64,000 bases of DNA, taken from positions 132,280 to 196,279 of the forward strand of contig OZ241383.1 of the NCBI GenBank assembly GCA_965200775.1, in the 5' to 3' direction. The notes under the pieces are model-generated. The model was given only the letters and a program-made list of their open reading frames with translations. It did not search any database and had not been told where the DNA came from. The position numbers and the translations under genes were made by a program. This document shows, in pieces, positions 53,765 through 62,634 of this stretch. Numbering within the stretch: position 1 is the stretch's first letter; each line of letters starts with the position of its first letter. The DNA is from Acidimicrobiales bacterium (GTDB taxonomy: Bacteria > Actinomycetota > Acidimicrobiia > Acidimicrobiales > Bin134).

Positions 53765-55068
53765 TTAGTTGTTGAGGGTGAAGGTGAACTCGTCGGCGGC
53801 TGGTGATGCCCTGCTTCCGGCCGGCGAGGGTCCGTGTCCGGCAGGCGATGCTCCTTGGCTCCTTCGGGGTGGTTCCAGTTGGTAGGTGCTGTTGGGGTGT
53901 TGGGTGGTGGTGTGGTTGTGTTTGTGGGTTTTGTTGTGGCAGGTGGGGCACAGGAGTGCGAGGTTTGTGATGTCGGTGGGTTCGCTGTGTTCTCACTATT
54001 GGTTGTGGTGGGTGTGGCAGGTGGTGGCTTTGTGTCCGCAGCCGGTGCAGTGTTTGTCTTGGGCGTATAAGGCGAGTTTTTGGGCTTGGGTGGCTGTTCT
54101 TTGTTTGGTGCTGAGGTAGAGGGGTTGGTCGTCGGTGTCGAAGATGGTGGGTAGCGCTGCGGCGTCACTGGCGATGCGCTGCAGGGTGTTGGTGTCGATG
54201 GGGGTGCCGTCGATCAGTCCTGCGTTTGGGGTCGGTTGGTGATGGCGTCGTAGTGGGCGGTGACGATCAGCGTGGTCGCCTGCGCTACGGGCTCGCTGCT
54301 GGCAGGTTCAGACTTTCCGGGTTTGGCGGGTTTTTGGGTGATCAACGTTACGAGGGCGTCGGCGGTGCGTTGGTGGTGGGTGCGGTCGTTTCTGGTTTTG
54401 GTGTCTTCTCGGAACATGCGATCGCCCAAGTCGTCGAGGGCGGTTTTGACTCGCTCCCCGGCGACACGGTCCAGCTCCGCGTGCAGCACGATCATGTCGT
54501 TGTCGCCGTCGAGCACTGATGCCCGGCGACGCCGGCGTTGTTGTTCGTGGCGGCTGAGACCATCAGCTGTGGCTCGTTGTTCTTCGAGGCGGGCGACGGT
54601 TTTTTTGAACAGGTCCAAGTCCTCTGTGATCGCCAAACCGATGAGCTCAAGTTCTTGGTCTTCGTCCATAGGGGCTCTTTGGTGGGATTCGCCGACTACT
54701 TGGGCGTGGTCGATGGTGATCCACCCGTCCTTTGAAGCCTCCAGCGTGTAGGGCAGGTCTTTGAGGATTGACGCGGTTTTGGCTTGACGGCGGGCCTTGT
54801 GACGGCCCACCCCAAACTGCCGGCACAACTCCACAACAGCGTCCTCGCCTTCGAGGTCACCGAACCGGCCCAACAACACAGTGAGCAAACCGTCGAGCTT
54901 TCGACGAGTCGAGTCGACTTGCAAGATCAGCTTCGCTACCTCTGCTGAATCCAACTCCATCGGATCAACATCAACCAGCCCGCCCAACCCGACATCCGCC
55001 GACGCAGCGCCAAGCTGCTCAGCAGTCTGAGGTTCGGTGTTGTCCCTGGTGAGGAGCCCTAAATCCAT
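53765..55068 (-). pseudogene. DUF222-HNH endonuclease (REP13E12-like) gene, inactivated
   Basis: ORF 54214-55068 is the DUF222 part. The HNH part continues in another frame (LIDGTPIDTNTLQRIASDAAALPTIFDTDDQPLYLS...DKHCTGCGHKATTCHTHHNQ) and is interrupted by the tandem in-frame stops TAG TGA (53993-53998) before ...NLALLCPTCHNKTH. The tail runs into the repeated DEFTFTLNN* segment. Confidence 0.75.
53766..53795. repeat. 30-nt perfect direct repeat TAGTTGTTGAGGGTGAAGGTGAACTCGTCG, copy 1
   Basis: Identical to 55266-55295. On the minus strand it encodes ...DEFTFTLNN plus a stop. Confidence 0.95.
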
Positions 55069-55264
55069 GCCATGTAGTCTACCGACCCCAGTAACAATAT
55101 CAACCGAAAAAGGCTGGACAGACCAGAGAAATACTAGAACATATCTAAAACTTTCAGCCTTTATCTCAATATCTGGAACAACCAGGTAAACCGGCTACGG
55201 AAGGGCGAGGACGCGCCTACCCACAGCCCCCAGATCGCTTGTTCGCGAAGCTGGCAGGGCGGGT

Positions 55265-58130
55265 CTAGTTGTTGAGGGTGAAGGTGAACTCGTCGCTGGC
55301 GGTGCCGCCTTCGGAGTCGGTGGCGGTGATCTTGACTGTGAGGGTTTGCGATGCGGCGTGGCCGCCCTCCAGCGTGAGCACCGACCCGTCCCAGGAGCCG
55401 CTCAGCTTGTTACGGGCGATCTCGTTGAGCAGGCCAGTCTTGGTTTGACCGGTGCGCTGGTTGGTGGTGGTCACCTCCACGGTAAACGTCAACCCGTCGC
55501 CGCTGAAGTGATCGGCCATGTCCAGCTCGTGAGTCTGATCGTCGGACAACGTCAGGTCCTCGAACCCCTCAATCAGCGTCACCGGATTGTGATCAGGATC
55601 AGCCGGCGGAGGATCAGCAGGTGGGTTGGGGTCTGCTGGGGGAGGATCAGCAGGTGGCGGGTCGTCTGCTGGTGGGTTGGGGTCACCCGGCGGGGTGAGG
55701 TCCGGAGCGGGGACTTCGTCGACCAGCGAAAGCGTGAAGGAATCGCTTGCTGTGGTCCCGTCAGGTCCTGCGATGCGGCGTGGCCGCCGCTAAGCATCAG
55801 CACCGACATTGCGTCGTTCCACCCGCCCCGGACTTTGTTGCGGGCGACCTCGTTGAGTGCGCCGGTCTTGGATTGACCTGTGCGCTGGTTGGTAGTCGTC
55901 ACCTCCACGGTGTAGAGGAGGTCGTCGCCGCTGAAGTAGTCGGCCATGTCAAGAGCGACCGTTGAGCCATTAGCGATGGAAGCATCGTTGAACAACCCGA
56001 TCAGCGTCGGCGGATCAACCGACGGCTGATCCGCGGGTGGGTCCGCGGGCGGCGCCGGATCGGACTGTGCGCTGGCTTGGCCGAAGGCTTGTGCTTGTGC
56101 GCCGGCTTGAGCTGGCGTGCTCTCGACCACTGCCAGTGACCAAGCGCTCTCGCCGACGGAGTTCTGGGCGCGCACCTGCACCGCATACATCGTGCCGCCG
56201 CTCAAGCCGGTGACCTCGAGCGTCGTCGCGGTGTCGAGCGTCCCACTGTTGCTGGTGTCGTCGTTGGCGTCGGCGGCGTGGTCGGTCCAGTCGCCGTTCG
56301 GCAGGGCCCGGTAGCGCACGTCGTAGTCGGTGACCGCATTGCCGTGGTCGGCGGGCGCTTGCCAGTTCACGGTGAGCTTGGCGTTGCCGGAGTCAATTGA
56401 GGTGATCACCGGGCTGTCGGGCACCGCTTGCGTTGTGGCCGATGTCACTTCGGACCATTCCCCATCGCAGACTGAGTTCACAGCGCGCACGCGAGCCTCG
56501 TAGGTGGTGCCGCTGGCATCCAACGACGAGATCACCGCGCAGCGTCCGAGATTTGCGCCGCAGGCTGGTGCGGCGCCCATAGAGATCACGCCGTCGTGCG
56601 AGGCGGAAGTCCAGGATTCGGTGCCCTGCTGGCGGTACTGCACGTCATAGCGGCTGACTGAAGCCCCGTTGACCGCCGGCCGCTCCCACTGAACGACCAC
56701 CTGCGCGCCCTGCCCCATGGCGCCCATGCCCATGGTGCCGGGCGGGCCCAGCGTGGTCGCCGACGTCACATCGGACCAGGGTCCTATCCATTAATCTGGG
56801 TCCGTCGAGGAAATTGGCTCGTTGCGCATCCTCGCCTGGAACTCGTACGTTGCGCTGTCGTCCAGGCCGGAGACCGTACGGTAATTGAACCGACTATTGA
56901 CCACGGCGTCTTTCCACGACGTCTCTCCGGACTTTCGGTATCGCATGTCGTACCGAGTGACTTGAGTGTGGGAGAGATCGGGATCGCCTTGGAAGTGCCA
57001 GAAGGTCGGCTGCGTCCAGCGTACCTTGAGCTTGCCGCGCTCCGTCGAGTAGGTGCGCCATGCTGACCAAACCAGATAGTGGGCTTGTCGTACTGCGGCG
57101 TCGGCGCGCTCACTACGACAGTCCATGGTCCCTCGGCACCTCCCTCGCAGGGGGCGTGGTCGTAGGTGACGGAGCGCACCTTGATCTCGTACTCGGTGCT
57201 GTCGTCCAGGCCGGTGACATCCACACTTGTCGGCACCTCGATATTGCCCCTAAAGTCGTAGATGTTGACGGGTTGGTCTGTCCAGTCCGTAATCGAGCCA
57301 CCCTTGTACTGCACCTCAAAGGTGACACAAGGCTTGGGATTCCGGTTGATCCAGGCCACCCCGATCGACCCGCGCCCGCCCAGACCGTCCCTTTGTTTAT
57401 GTCGGGAGTAGGGAATCAGGCCGGCCTTTTTCAGCGCGTAGCGGGTCCTCCCGTACGCGACGTCGGACCACTGGCCGGCGACACCGGCGGTGTTCACGGA
57501 GCGCGCTCGCAGCTGATAGGTCGTGCCGTCTTCCAGACCGGTTAGCGTCGTCGAGAACCAGGTGCCGTTGTATGAGACCCCGTTGCTCGAGTCTGTCCAG
57601 TCCGTAATCGAGCCGCCCTTGTACTGCACTTCATGGCCGGTGTTGGCGTCAGTGTTCGTCGGTTTGTCCCAGCTCAAGTAGATCTGCCCGTGCTGTAGGC
57701 GGGTCTGACCGACCTCCAACACTGGCTTGCCTGGCGTCGCCACCCCGGGCAGGGTCAAGGACTTGACGTCGGACCACGGGCCGTAACCGGCGGAGTTCTG
57801 TGCTCGCAGCCGTCCTTCGTAGGTGGTGCCGGGGGTCAGGCCGGTGATCTTCGTGTTCCACAGGCCGCCAGGCGTTGTACTGAAGTTGCTGCTGGGCCAG
57901 TCGGTCCAGTCCTGATCGGAGCTGGCCTTGTACTGCAACTGGTAGCCGGTGATCGCAGAACCGCCGGACCCGGGCGCATACCAGGTTGCGAACATTTTCC
58001 CAGCCTGGCCAGACACCGTGAGGGACAAGCTGGGCTTGCCCGGCACCGACTGCGCCGTTGCCACGCCTGGGCTCAGCAGCGCTGCCGGAAGAGCAACCGC
58101 CAGCAGCGCCGCAAGAGCTAGGTGTACTCG
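55265..58130 (-). pseudogene. Large secreted multi-FN3 protein with two C-terminal Ig/cadherin-like repeats; disrupted
   Basis: Recurrent FN3 signatures (GG.AITGY.LQYK...W.DW, TYE.RVRA.N..G.GPWS) are spread over four track ORFs: 56784-58703, 56791-57126, 55579-56769 and 55265-55582.
Disruptions seen:
- a frame change near 57060-57126;
- an in-frame TAA at 56791-56793;
- a non-triplet deletion near 55770 in the first Ig-like repeat;
- no start codon before the signal-peptide-like LALAALLAVALPAALLSPGVATAQS, which abuts the IS481-type element. Confidence 0.7.
55266..55295. repeat. 30-nt perfect direct repeat TAGTTGTTGAGGGTGAAGGTGAACTCGTCG, copy 2 (true 3' end of the FN3/Ig-like gene)
   Basis: Identical to 53766-53795. 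Confidence 0.95.
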
Positions 58131-58178
58131 GCCGGGATGTTGGTGATGGTTTGACGTGATGAGGATCTTCTGAGTGAT

Positions 58179-59183
58179 GTGGGGATTGCTGTCTCCACTC
58201 ACCAAGAGGTCCTCATGTCTTACCGTAACGCTGGACTCACGCCGTTCGCCCGTTGGTTGATTGTTGAACGCGTCCAAGCAGGCCAGCCCGTCGCTCATGT
58301 CGCGAAGGCAATGGGTGTTTCGCGCCAGTGCGCTCATCGCTGGATCAACCGATTCAACGAGGCCGGCGACGAAGGCCTCGAGGACCGTTCTTGGCGACCG
58401 CATCGGTGCCCCAACCAGACTCCCCCTGACGTCGAGGAGAAGGTGCTTGCCGCTCGACGCGAGCACCGGACCGGCCCCGATCAGCTCACCTACGAAGTCG
58501 GGGTGCCGGCGCGAACCATCAGCCGGATCTTGCGACGCAACGGAGTCCCACGGTTGCACGACTGCGACCCAATGACCGGCGAGGTGATCCGGGTCTCGAA
58601 GACAACCACGATCCGCTACGAACGCGACCGGCCCGGCGAACTCGTCCATATGGACCTCAAGAAGCTCGGCCGGATCCCACCCGGTGGTGGCTGGAAAGCC
58701 CACGGCCGACAGATGGGCTCAACAAGCGAACGCAAGAAGACCAAGATCGGCTACGACTACATCCACTCGATCGTCGATGACCACAGCCGCCTCGCGTACT
58801 CCGAGATCCACGACGACGAAAAGGGCGAGACCTGCGCCGAGTTCTTCGAGCGCGCCATCGAGTTCTTCGCCAGCCACGGCATCACGATCGAGCAGGTGAT
58901 GACCGACAACCACTGGAGCTACAAGCACACCACCCGCCTGGGCGAGCTCATCGACAGCATCGGCACAACCCACAAATTCATCCGACCCCACTGCCCCTGG
59001 CAGAACGGCAAAGTCGAACGCTTCAACCGCACCCTCCAAACCGAATGGGCCTACCGGCAAGTCATCGAAACCAACGACACCCGCTCAGCAGCCTTGCCAG
59101 ACTTCCTCCACCGCTACAACCACCACCGACCGCACCACACCCTCAGAGGACACCCACCCATCAGCCGACTGTCACCAACCTAA
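58179..59183 (+). CDS. IS481-family transposase (HTH plus rve DDE integrase core)
   Basis: N-terminal HTH (LTPFARWLIVERVQAGQPVAHVAKAMGVSRQCAHRWINRF). DDE core: LVHMDLKKLG, YIHSIVDDHSRLAY, and TDNHWSY...IRPHCPWQNGKVERFNRTL. The likely true start is ATG 58215 (MSYRNAG). Element ends are not confidently defined; there is only an 8-bp inverted match, GTTGGTGA at 58139 and TCACCAAC at 59172. Confidence 0.85.
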   Translation: MGIAVSTHQEVLMSYRNAGLTPFARWLIVERVQAGQPVAHVAKAMGVSRQCAHRWINRFNEAGDEGLEDRSWRPHRCPNQTPPDVEEKVLAARREHRTGPDQLTYEVGVPARTISRILRRNGVPRLHDCDPMTGEVIRVSKTTTIRYERDRPGELVHMDLKKLGRIPPGGGWKAHGRQMGSTSERKKTKIGYDYIHSIVDDHSRLAYSEIHDDEKGETCAEFFERAIEFFASHGITIEQVMTDNHWSYKHTTRLGELIDSIGTTHKFIRPHCPWQNGKVERFNRTLQTEWAYRQVIETNDTRSAALPDFLHRYNHHRPHHTLRGHPPISRLSPT

Positions 59184-59216
59184 TAGCCGAATACAACTAG
59201 GCGGAGGGAGCGTCTA

Positions 59217-59232
59217 CCCCCCCCCCCCCCCC
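59217..59232. repeat. Homopolymer C16 (G16 on the minus strand)
   Basis: Counted directly. It lies 34 nt after the transposase stop and about 190 nt upstream of the ADH gene. Confidence 0.9.
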
Positions 59233-59423
59233 TCGACAGGGCCGCGCCCATCAAGCAGAGCGCGCCACCGCCCTGAGGGGTGACCCGTCGCCGGTTCAGA
59301 ATCCTGAGCACGATACGCCCTCCTTCAATGGGCCCGTAGCAACCGGCCCATGGTACCAAACTCCCGCCAATGTCAATCAACATCAACCAGGCCAGACAGC
59401 CTGCCGGGTGAGAAGATAACCCA

Positions 59424-60362
59424 ATGAGAGCAGTGCGCTGTGTGGATGGTCGGCCGTCGGTGGTGGAGGTAGCCGCTCCTCAGGGCGAGGGAGTGCGGAT
59501 CAAAACCGCCTCGGCCGGGGTGTGCGGCTCCGACCTTCACATGCTGGAACTCGGGATGCTGAACACCTACACCGTGGGCCACGAGTTCGCCGGTTGGCTT
59601 GACGACGGCCGCCCGGTAGCAGTGGAACCCATCAGAGGCTGCGGCACCTGCGAGCTGTGCCGAGCCGGCGACTACAACCGCTGTCCGGGAACCCTGGAAC
59701 AAGTGGCAGGCATCTCCCGCGACGGAGGCATGGCCGACGAGGTGCTGATATGGCCGGAGGCAGTCGTCCCGCTGCCTTCCGGGGTAAATCCCCGAGACGC
59801 CTGCCTGGTCGAGCCCCTCGGTATAGCAGTCCACGGCTTCCGCATGGTCGGTCTGAGGGGCGACATGAGGGTGGCCGTCATCGGTGGCGGCACCATAGGC
59901 CTGACCGCCCTAGCCGTGGCCCGCCTGGCGGGGTGCGAAACCGCCATCTTGGCCCGCCACCCCGCCCAGAATGAGGCCGCAGAGCGCCTCGGGGCTGTCA
60001 CGATTACCGAGCAGCCCTACGACATTGTGGTGGAGGCCGCCGGCTCCACCTCGGCCCTGGCCGACGCCGCCAAAAGGTGCCGACCCGGAGGCAAGATCGT
60101 GGTACTCGGCACCTACTGGGAGGGAATGGAGCTACCCGGTATGGATCTAAGCATGAAGGAGATCACCGTGGTGCCGTCCTCCATGTATGGGCGATTCGGC
60201 CCGACCCGGGACCTCGATGTTGCTGCTGCTGCGCTCGCCCAACTTCCCGAACTACCCGAAGCGGTCATCACCCACCGTTTTCCGCTCGACGCCGCCGCCG
60301 AAGCTTTTGCCACTGCGGCCAACCGCTCGGCAGGCGCCATCAAGGTCGTCCTGGAGCCCTGA
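59424..60362 (+). CDS. Zinc-dependent alcohol dehydrogenase (MDR family, threonine/sorbitol dehydrogenase-like)
   Basis: GVCGSDLH, GHEFAG, the structural Zn cluster CGTCELCRAGDYNRC, and VAVIGGGTIGL. Confidence 0.85.
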   Translation: MRAVRCVDGRPSVVEVAAPQGEGVRIKTASAGVCGSDLHMLELGMLNTYTVGHEFAGWLDDGRPVAVEPIRGCGTCELCRAGDYNRCPGTLEQVAGISRDGGMADEVLIWPEAVVPLPSGVNPRDACLVEPLGIAVHGFRMVGLRGDMRVAVIGGGTIGLTALAVARLAGCETAILARHPAQNEAAERLGAVTITEQPYDIVVEAAGSTSALADAAKRCRPGGKIVVLGTYWEGMELPGMDLSMKEITVVPSSMYGRFGPTRDLDVAAAALAQLPELPEAVITHRFPLDAAAEAFATAANRSAGAIKVVLEP

Positions 60363-60477
60363 CCCGGACAACCACCCGAAGTCAACCAGCTGCACTCAAC
60401 CGCGCCGTATCACTGAGGCGCAGGAGTCACAACCCAGTCGCGCCGCACAACCCAGGCGCAGGAGTCGGGTCAGGCCG

Positions 60478-61230
60478 TCAGGTGCAGGGCTGAGTGGGGG
60501 CCACGGCGGGGAGGCGGCCGGCCCGCATCGAGGTGACCGACGTGCCGTCGGTCTCGAAGATCACCCGGTAGTCGATGTCAGACTCGTCCACCGGGACGTA
60601 CTGGATGGAGTTACCGCTGCCGTCGGCGTAGGGGATAACCACCAGCCGAGCACCGAACAGCTCGTGGAGCTGGGCCTCTGTGCTGCCTACGCTGGCTCCC
60701 GAACGGGTGGTGATGCTGGGGTTGTTGATGTCCACCCGCTCGATGGTGGAGTTGTACACCGTGACGACCACCCCCGTCGGCCCGTTGGCCGGGGCGAGCA
60801 GGTAGCACCGGGGGGTGCCCTCCTCTTCGCCACCGGTCCACGCCGCGTTCACTGCAGTAGCCGCCTCGTCGGGGGTCATGCCGAAGTACATGTCGCCCAG
60901 TCCCACCGTGCTGAGCTTGGTTGCGTTACCGAAAGCGGGTTGCGACGTATCAACTGGCTCGGGCACGTCGGGTGGATCACCTGTCGGCACCACTATCGGG
61001 GTTGGGGTCTCCTCGGGAGCTTCGGTGGGCTCCTCGGTCGGGGTTGGGGTCTCCTCGGGAGTTTCGGTGGGCTCCTCGGTCGGCGTATCCGCGGGAACCG
61101 GGGTGGAAACATCGATCGGCGTTTCGGTTGGGGTCGGGGTCGGTTCTGTCTCGGTCGTGGAATCGTCGTCGTTCCCGCAAGCAGCGAGAAGGAGAGCGAC
61201 GGCGGCGATCAGAGCGATGATGAAGCGCAT
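60478..61230 (-). CDS. Lipoprotein with a Thr/Pro/Glu-rich repeat linker, unknown function
   Basis: Lipobox LLLAACGN, a TPTEEPTE(T/A)PEETP repeat, and a globular C-terminal domain. Confidence 0.6.
   Translation of the reverse strand: MRFIIALIAAVALLLAACGNDDDSTTETEPTPTPTETPIDVSTPVPADTPTEEPTETPEETPTPTEEPTEAPEETPTPIVVPTGDPPDVPEPVDTSQPAFGNATKLSTVGLGDMYFGMTPDEAATAVNAAWTGGEEEGTPRCYLLAPANGPTGVVVTVYNSTIERVDINNPSITTRSGASVGSTEAQLHELFGARLVVIPYADGSGNSIQYVPVDESDIDYRVIFETDGTSVTSMRAGRLPAVAPTQPCT
60997..61080. repeat. 42-bp tandem repeat x2 (one mismatch) inside the lipoprotein linker
   Basis: CGGGGTTGGGGTCTCCTCGGGAG(C/T)TTCGGTGGGCTCCTCGGT occurs twice in direct succession. Confidence 0.9.
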
Positions 61231-61266
61231 GTCGCTAGCGTAGTAGCCGGAGCGACCACAAGTAAG

Positions 61267-61339
61267 TAGGCCGCCTGGGACTCGAACCCAGCACCTTGAG
61301 ATTAAAAGTCTCCTGCTCTACCTGATGAGCTAGCGGCCC
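61267..61339 (-). tRNA. tRNA-Lys (anticodon UUU)
   Basis: The reverse complement GGGCCGCTAGCTCATCAGGTAGAGCAGGAGACTTTTAATCTCAAGGTGCTGGGTTCGAGTCCCAGGCGGCCTA folds as a 73-nt cloverleaf. It has a 7-bp acceptor stem, a GG D-loop, the anticodon loop CTTTTAA and the T-loop TTCGAGT. No CCA is encoded. Confidence 0.9.
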
Positions 61340-61389
61340 GCCGTCACTGTATCGCCCAACCCCTCCGGGATGGCCGGTAATATCGCCCG

Positions 61390-61599
61390 GTGACCTCCGG
61401 GGAACCACTCAGCTCCACCAAGCCCTTGGGAGCCGATGAGGCGCTCCTCGACGACGTGGACAGCGAGCTGATCGACGTGGAAGCGGTACTGGGCGACCTG
61501 GACGACCTAGAGCGGCTGGGCCTGCGGGTTCAAACTGCAGTGGCCGATGGGAGCATCGCCCACCGCCCAGTCCTCCAGCGTTGCTCAGAGCACATCTGA
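61390..61599 (+). CDS. Hypothetical small acidic protein (69 aa)
   Basis: ORF only, with a GTG start. No motif was recognised. Its end overlaps the convergent phosphatase gene. Confidence 0.25.
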   Translation: MTSGEPLSSTKPLGADEALLDDVDSELIDVEAVLGDLDDLERLGLRVQTAVADGSIAHRPVLQRCSEHI

Positions 61600-62274
61600 C
61601 TCGGGCACCTCAACTTCACCGGTGTCGAGTGGCTCGATCCTGTTTCCCGGCGTCAGGGTGCCGTTGTCCACCGTCACCCATCGGCCGCTCATGTTGCCGA
61701 TCCGCCCCGCCGGACACCGCAGATGGGCTTCCAGCGAGTACATCACCCCTCCGTGGGTGACGACAGCGGCGCGCTGATCGCCCACCAGGTCGGCCAGCTT
61801 GACGAGACCGGCCAAGGTCCGGGCCAGCAGCGCCTCATCCGACTCCCAGCCCGGCGGGCGCCGACCATCCTTCAGGAAGCCAGGGAATTGGGCTTCGATC
61901 TGTTCGCGGGTTAGGCCGGAGAACTCCCGCACATCCCGCTCGATCAGCTCGGGCACCAGTATGGGGGAACCGCAGCCCCACTCCTCGGCGATGATCTCCG
62001 CGCTGGTGACCGCCCGTTGCAGGGTGGAGGTGGCCACCATGTCGAGGGGTTCGAGCCGGGCCGCGGCGGTAGCGGCCTGCCTGTGGCCTAGCTCGGATAG
62101 CGGGGGATCCGCCTGGCCCTGCCACCGTCGAGCCGCATTCCAGATCGATTGTCCGTGCCGGAGCAGAAGCAGGTGAGCCACGTACCCCACGGTATCGGTG
62201 GCTGGGCCAAGTCGAGAATCACCGGGAATGGCCAAGTGCAGGCAAACCGCCGTCGTCAAGGCAACCCTCCCCAT
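61585..62274 (-). CDS. Histidine phosphatase family protein (phosphoglycerate-mutase-like)
   Basis: LLLLRHGQSIWN (RHG motif), LSELGHRQA, and VVTHGGV. The start is uncertain: ATG 62274, or GTG 62190/62181. Confidence 0.8.
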   Translation of the reverse strand: MGRVALTTAVCLHLAIPGDSRLGPATDTVGYVAHLLLLRHGQSIWNAARRWQGQADPPLSELGHRQAATAAARLEPLDMVATSTLQRAVTSAEIIAEEWGCGSPILVPELIERDVREFSGLTREQIEAQFPGFLKDGRRPPGWESDEALLARTLAGLVKLADLVGDQRAAVVTHGGVMYSLEAHLRCPAGRIGNMSGRWVTVDNGTLTPGNRIEPLDTGEVEVPESDVL

Positions 62275-62320
62275 GTTCCGGGCCGTGGCCGTGACCGGGG
62301 ATTCCCGTACACTTTGGCCC

Positions 62321-62557
62321 ATGGCCACGCTGCGCCTGTTTGCACACGTCAGGGAAGCAGCCGGGACCGGACGCGACGAGGTGCCGGGAGCGACCGTCGA
62401 TCAGGTGCTGGCCGCCGCCGTTGAACGCTACGGCTCGGCGTTCGATGAACTGCTGCCGGTGTGTCGCATCTGGCTGAACGGCGAACCGGTCGTCGGAAGC
62501 GAGGCCGTGGCCTCCGGCGACGAGGTCGCCGTGCTGCCCCCCGTGTCCGGGGGGTAG
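62321..62557 (+). CDS. MoaD/ThiS-family ubiquitin-like sulfur-carrier protein
   Basis: 78 aa ending in ...VLPPVSGG*. It has a beta-grasp-like pattern (ATLRLFAHVREAAG...WLNGEPV). Confidence 0.7.
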   Translation: MATLRLFAHVREAAGTGRDEVPGATVDQVLAAAVERYGSAFDELLPVCRIWLNGEPVVGSEAVASGDEVAVLPPVSGG

Positions 62558-62634
62558 CCTTTTTTGGCCATGTTTTGTTCCAAGTCGTGTCATTGGACAC
62601 GGGTTGCCCGCTGCGGAATCCATACGGAGCTGCG

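Noticed and set aside
58139-59179. Precise IS481-type element boundaries from the inverted 8-mer GTTGGTGA / TCACCAAC
   Set aside because: - An 8-bp match is too short.
- The flanking bases do not extend the inverted repeat convincingly.
- No target duplication was found, so only the transposase CDS is reported with confidence.
61267-61339. tRNA-Lys as the attachment site of the 53-59 kb accessory patch
   Set aside because: - No direct repeat of the tRNA 3' half was seen in the window and no integrase gene is present.
- Two ordinary-looking genes (ADH, lipoprotein) separate the tRNA from the IS/pseudogene region.
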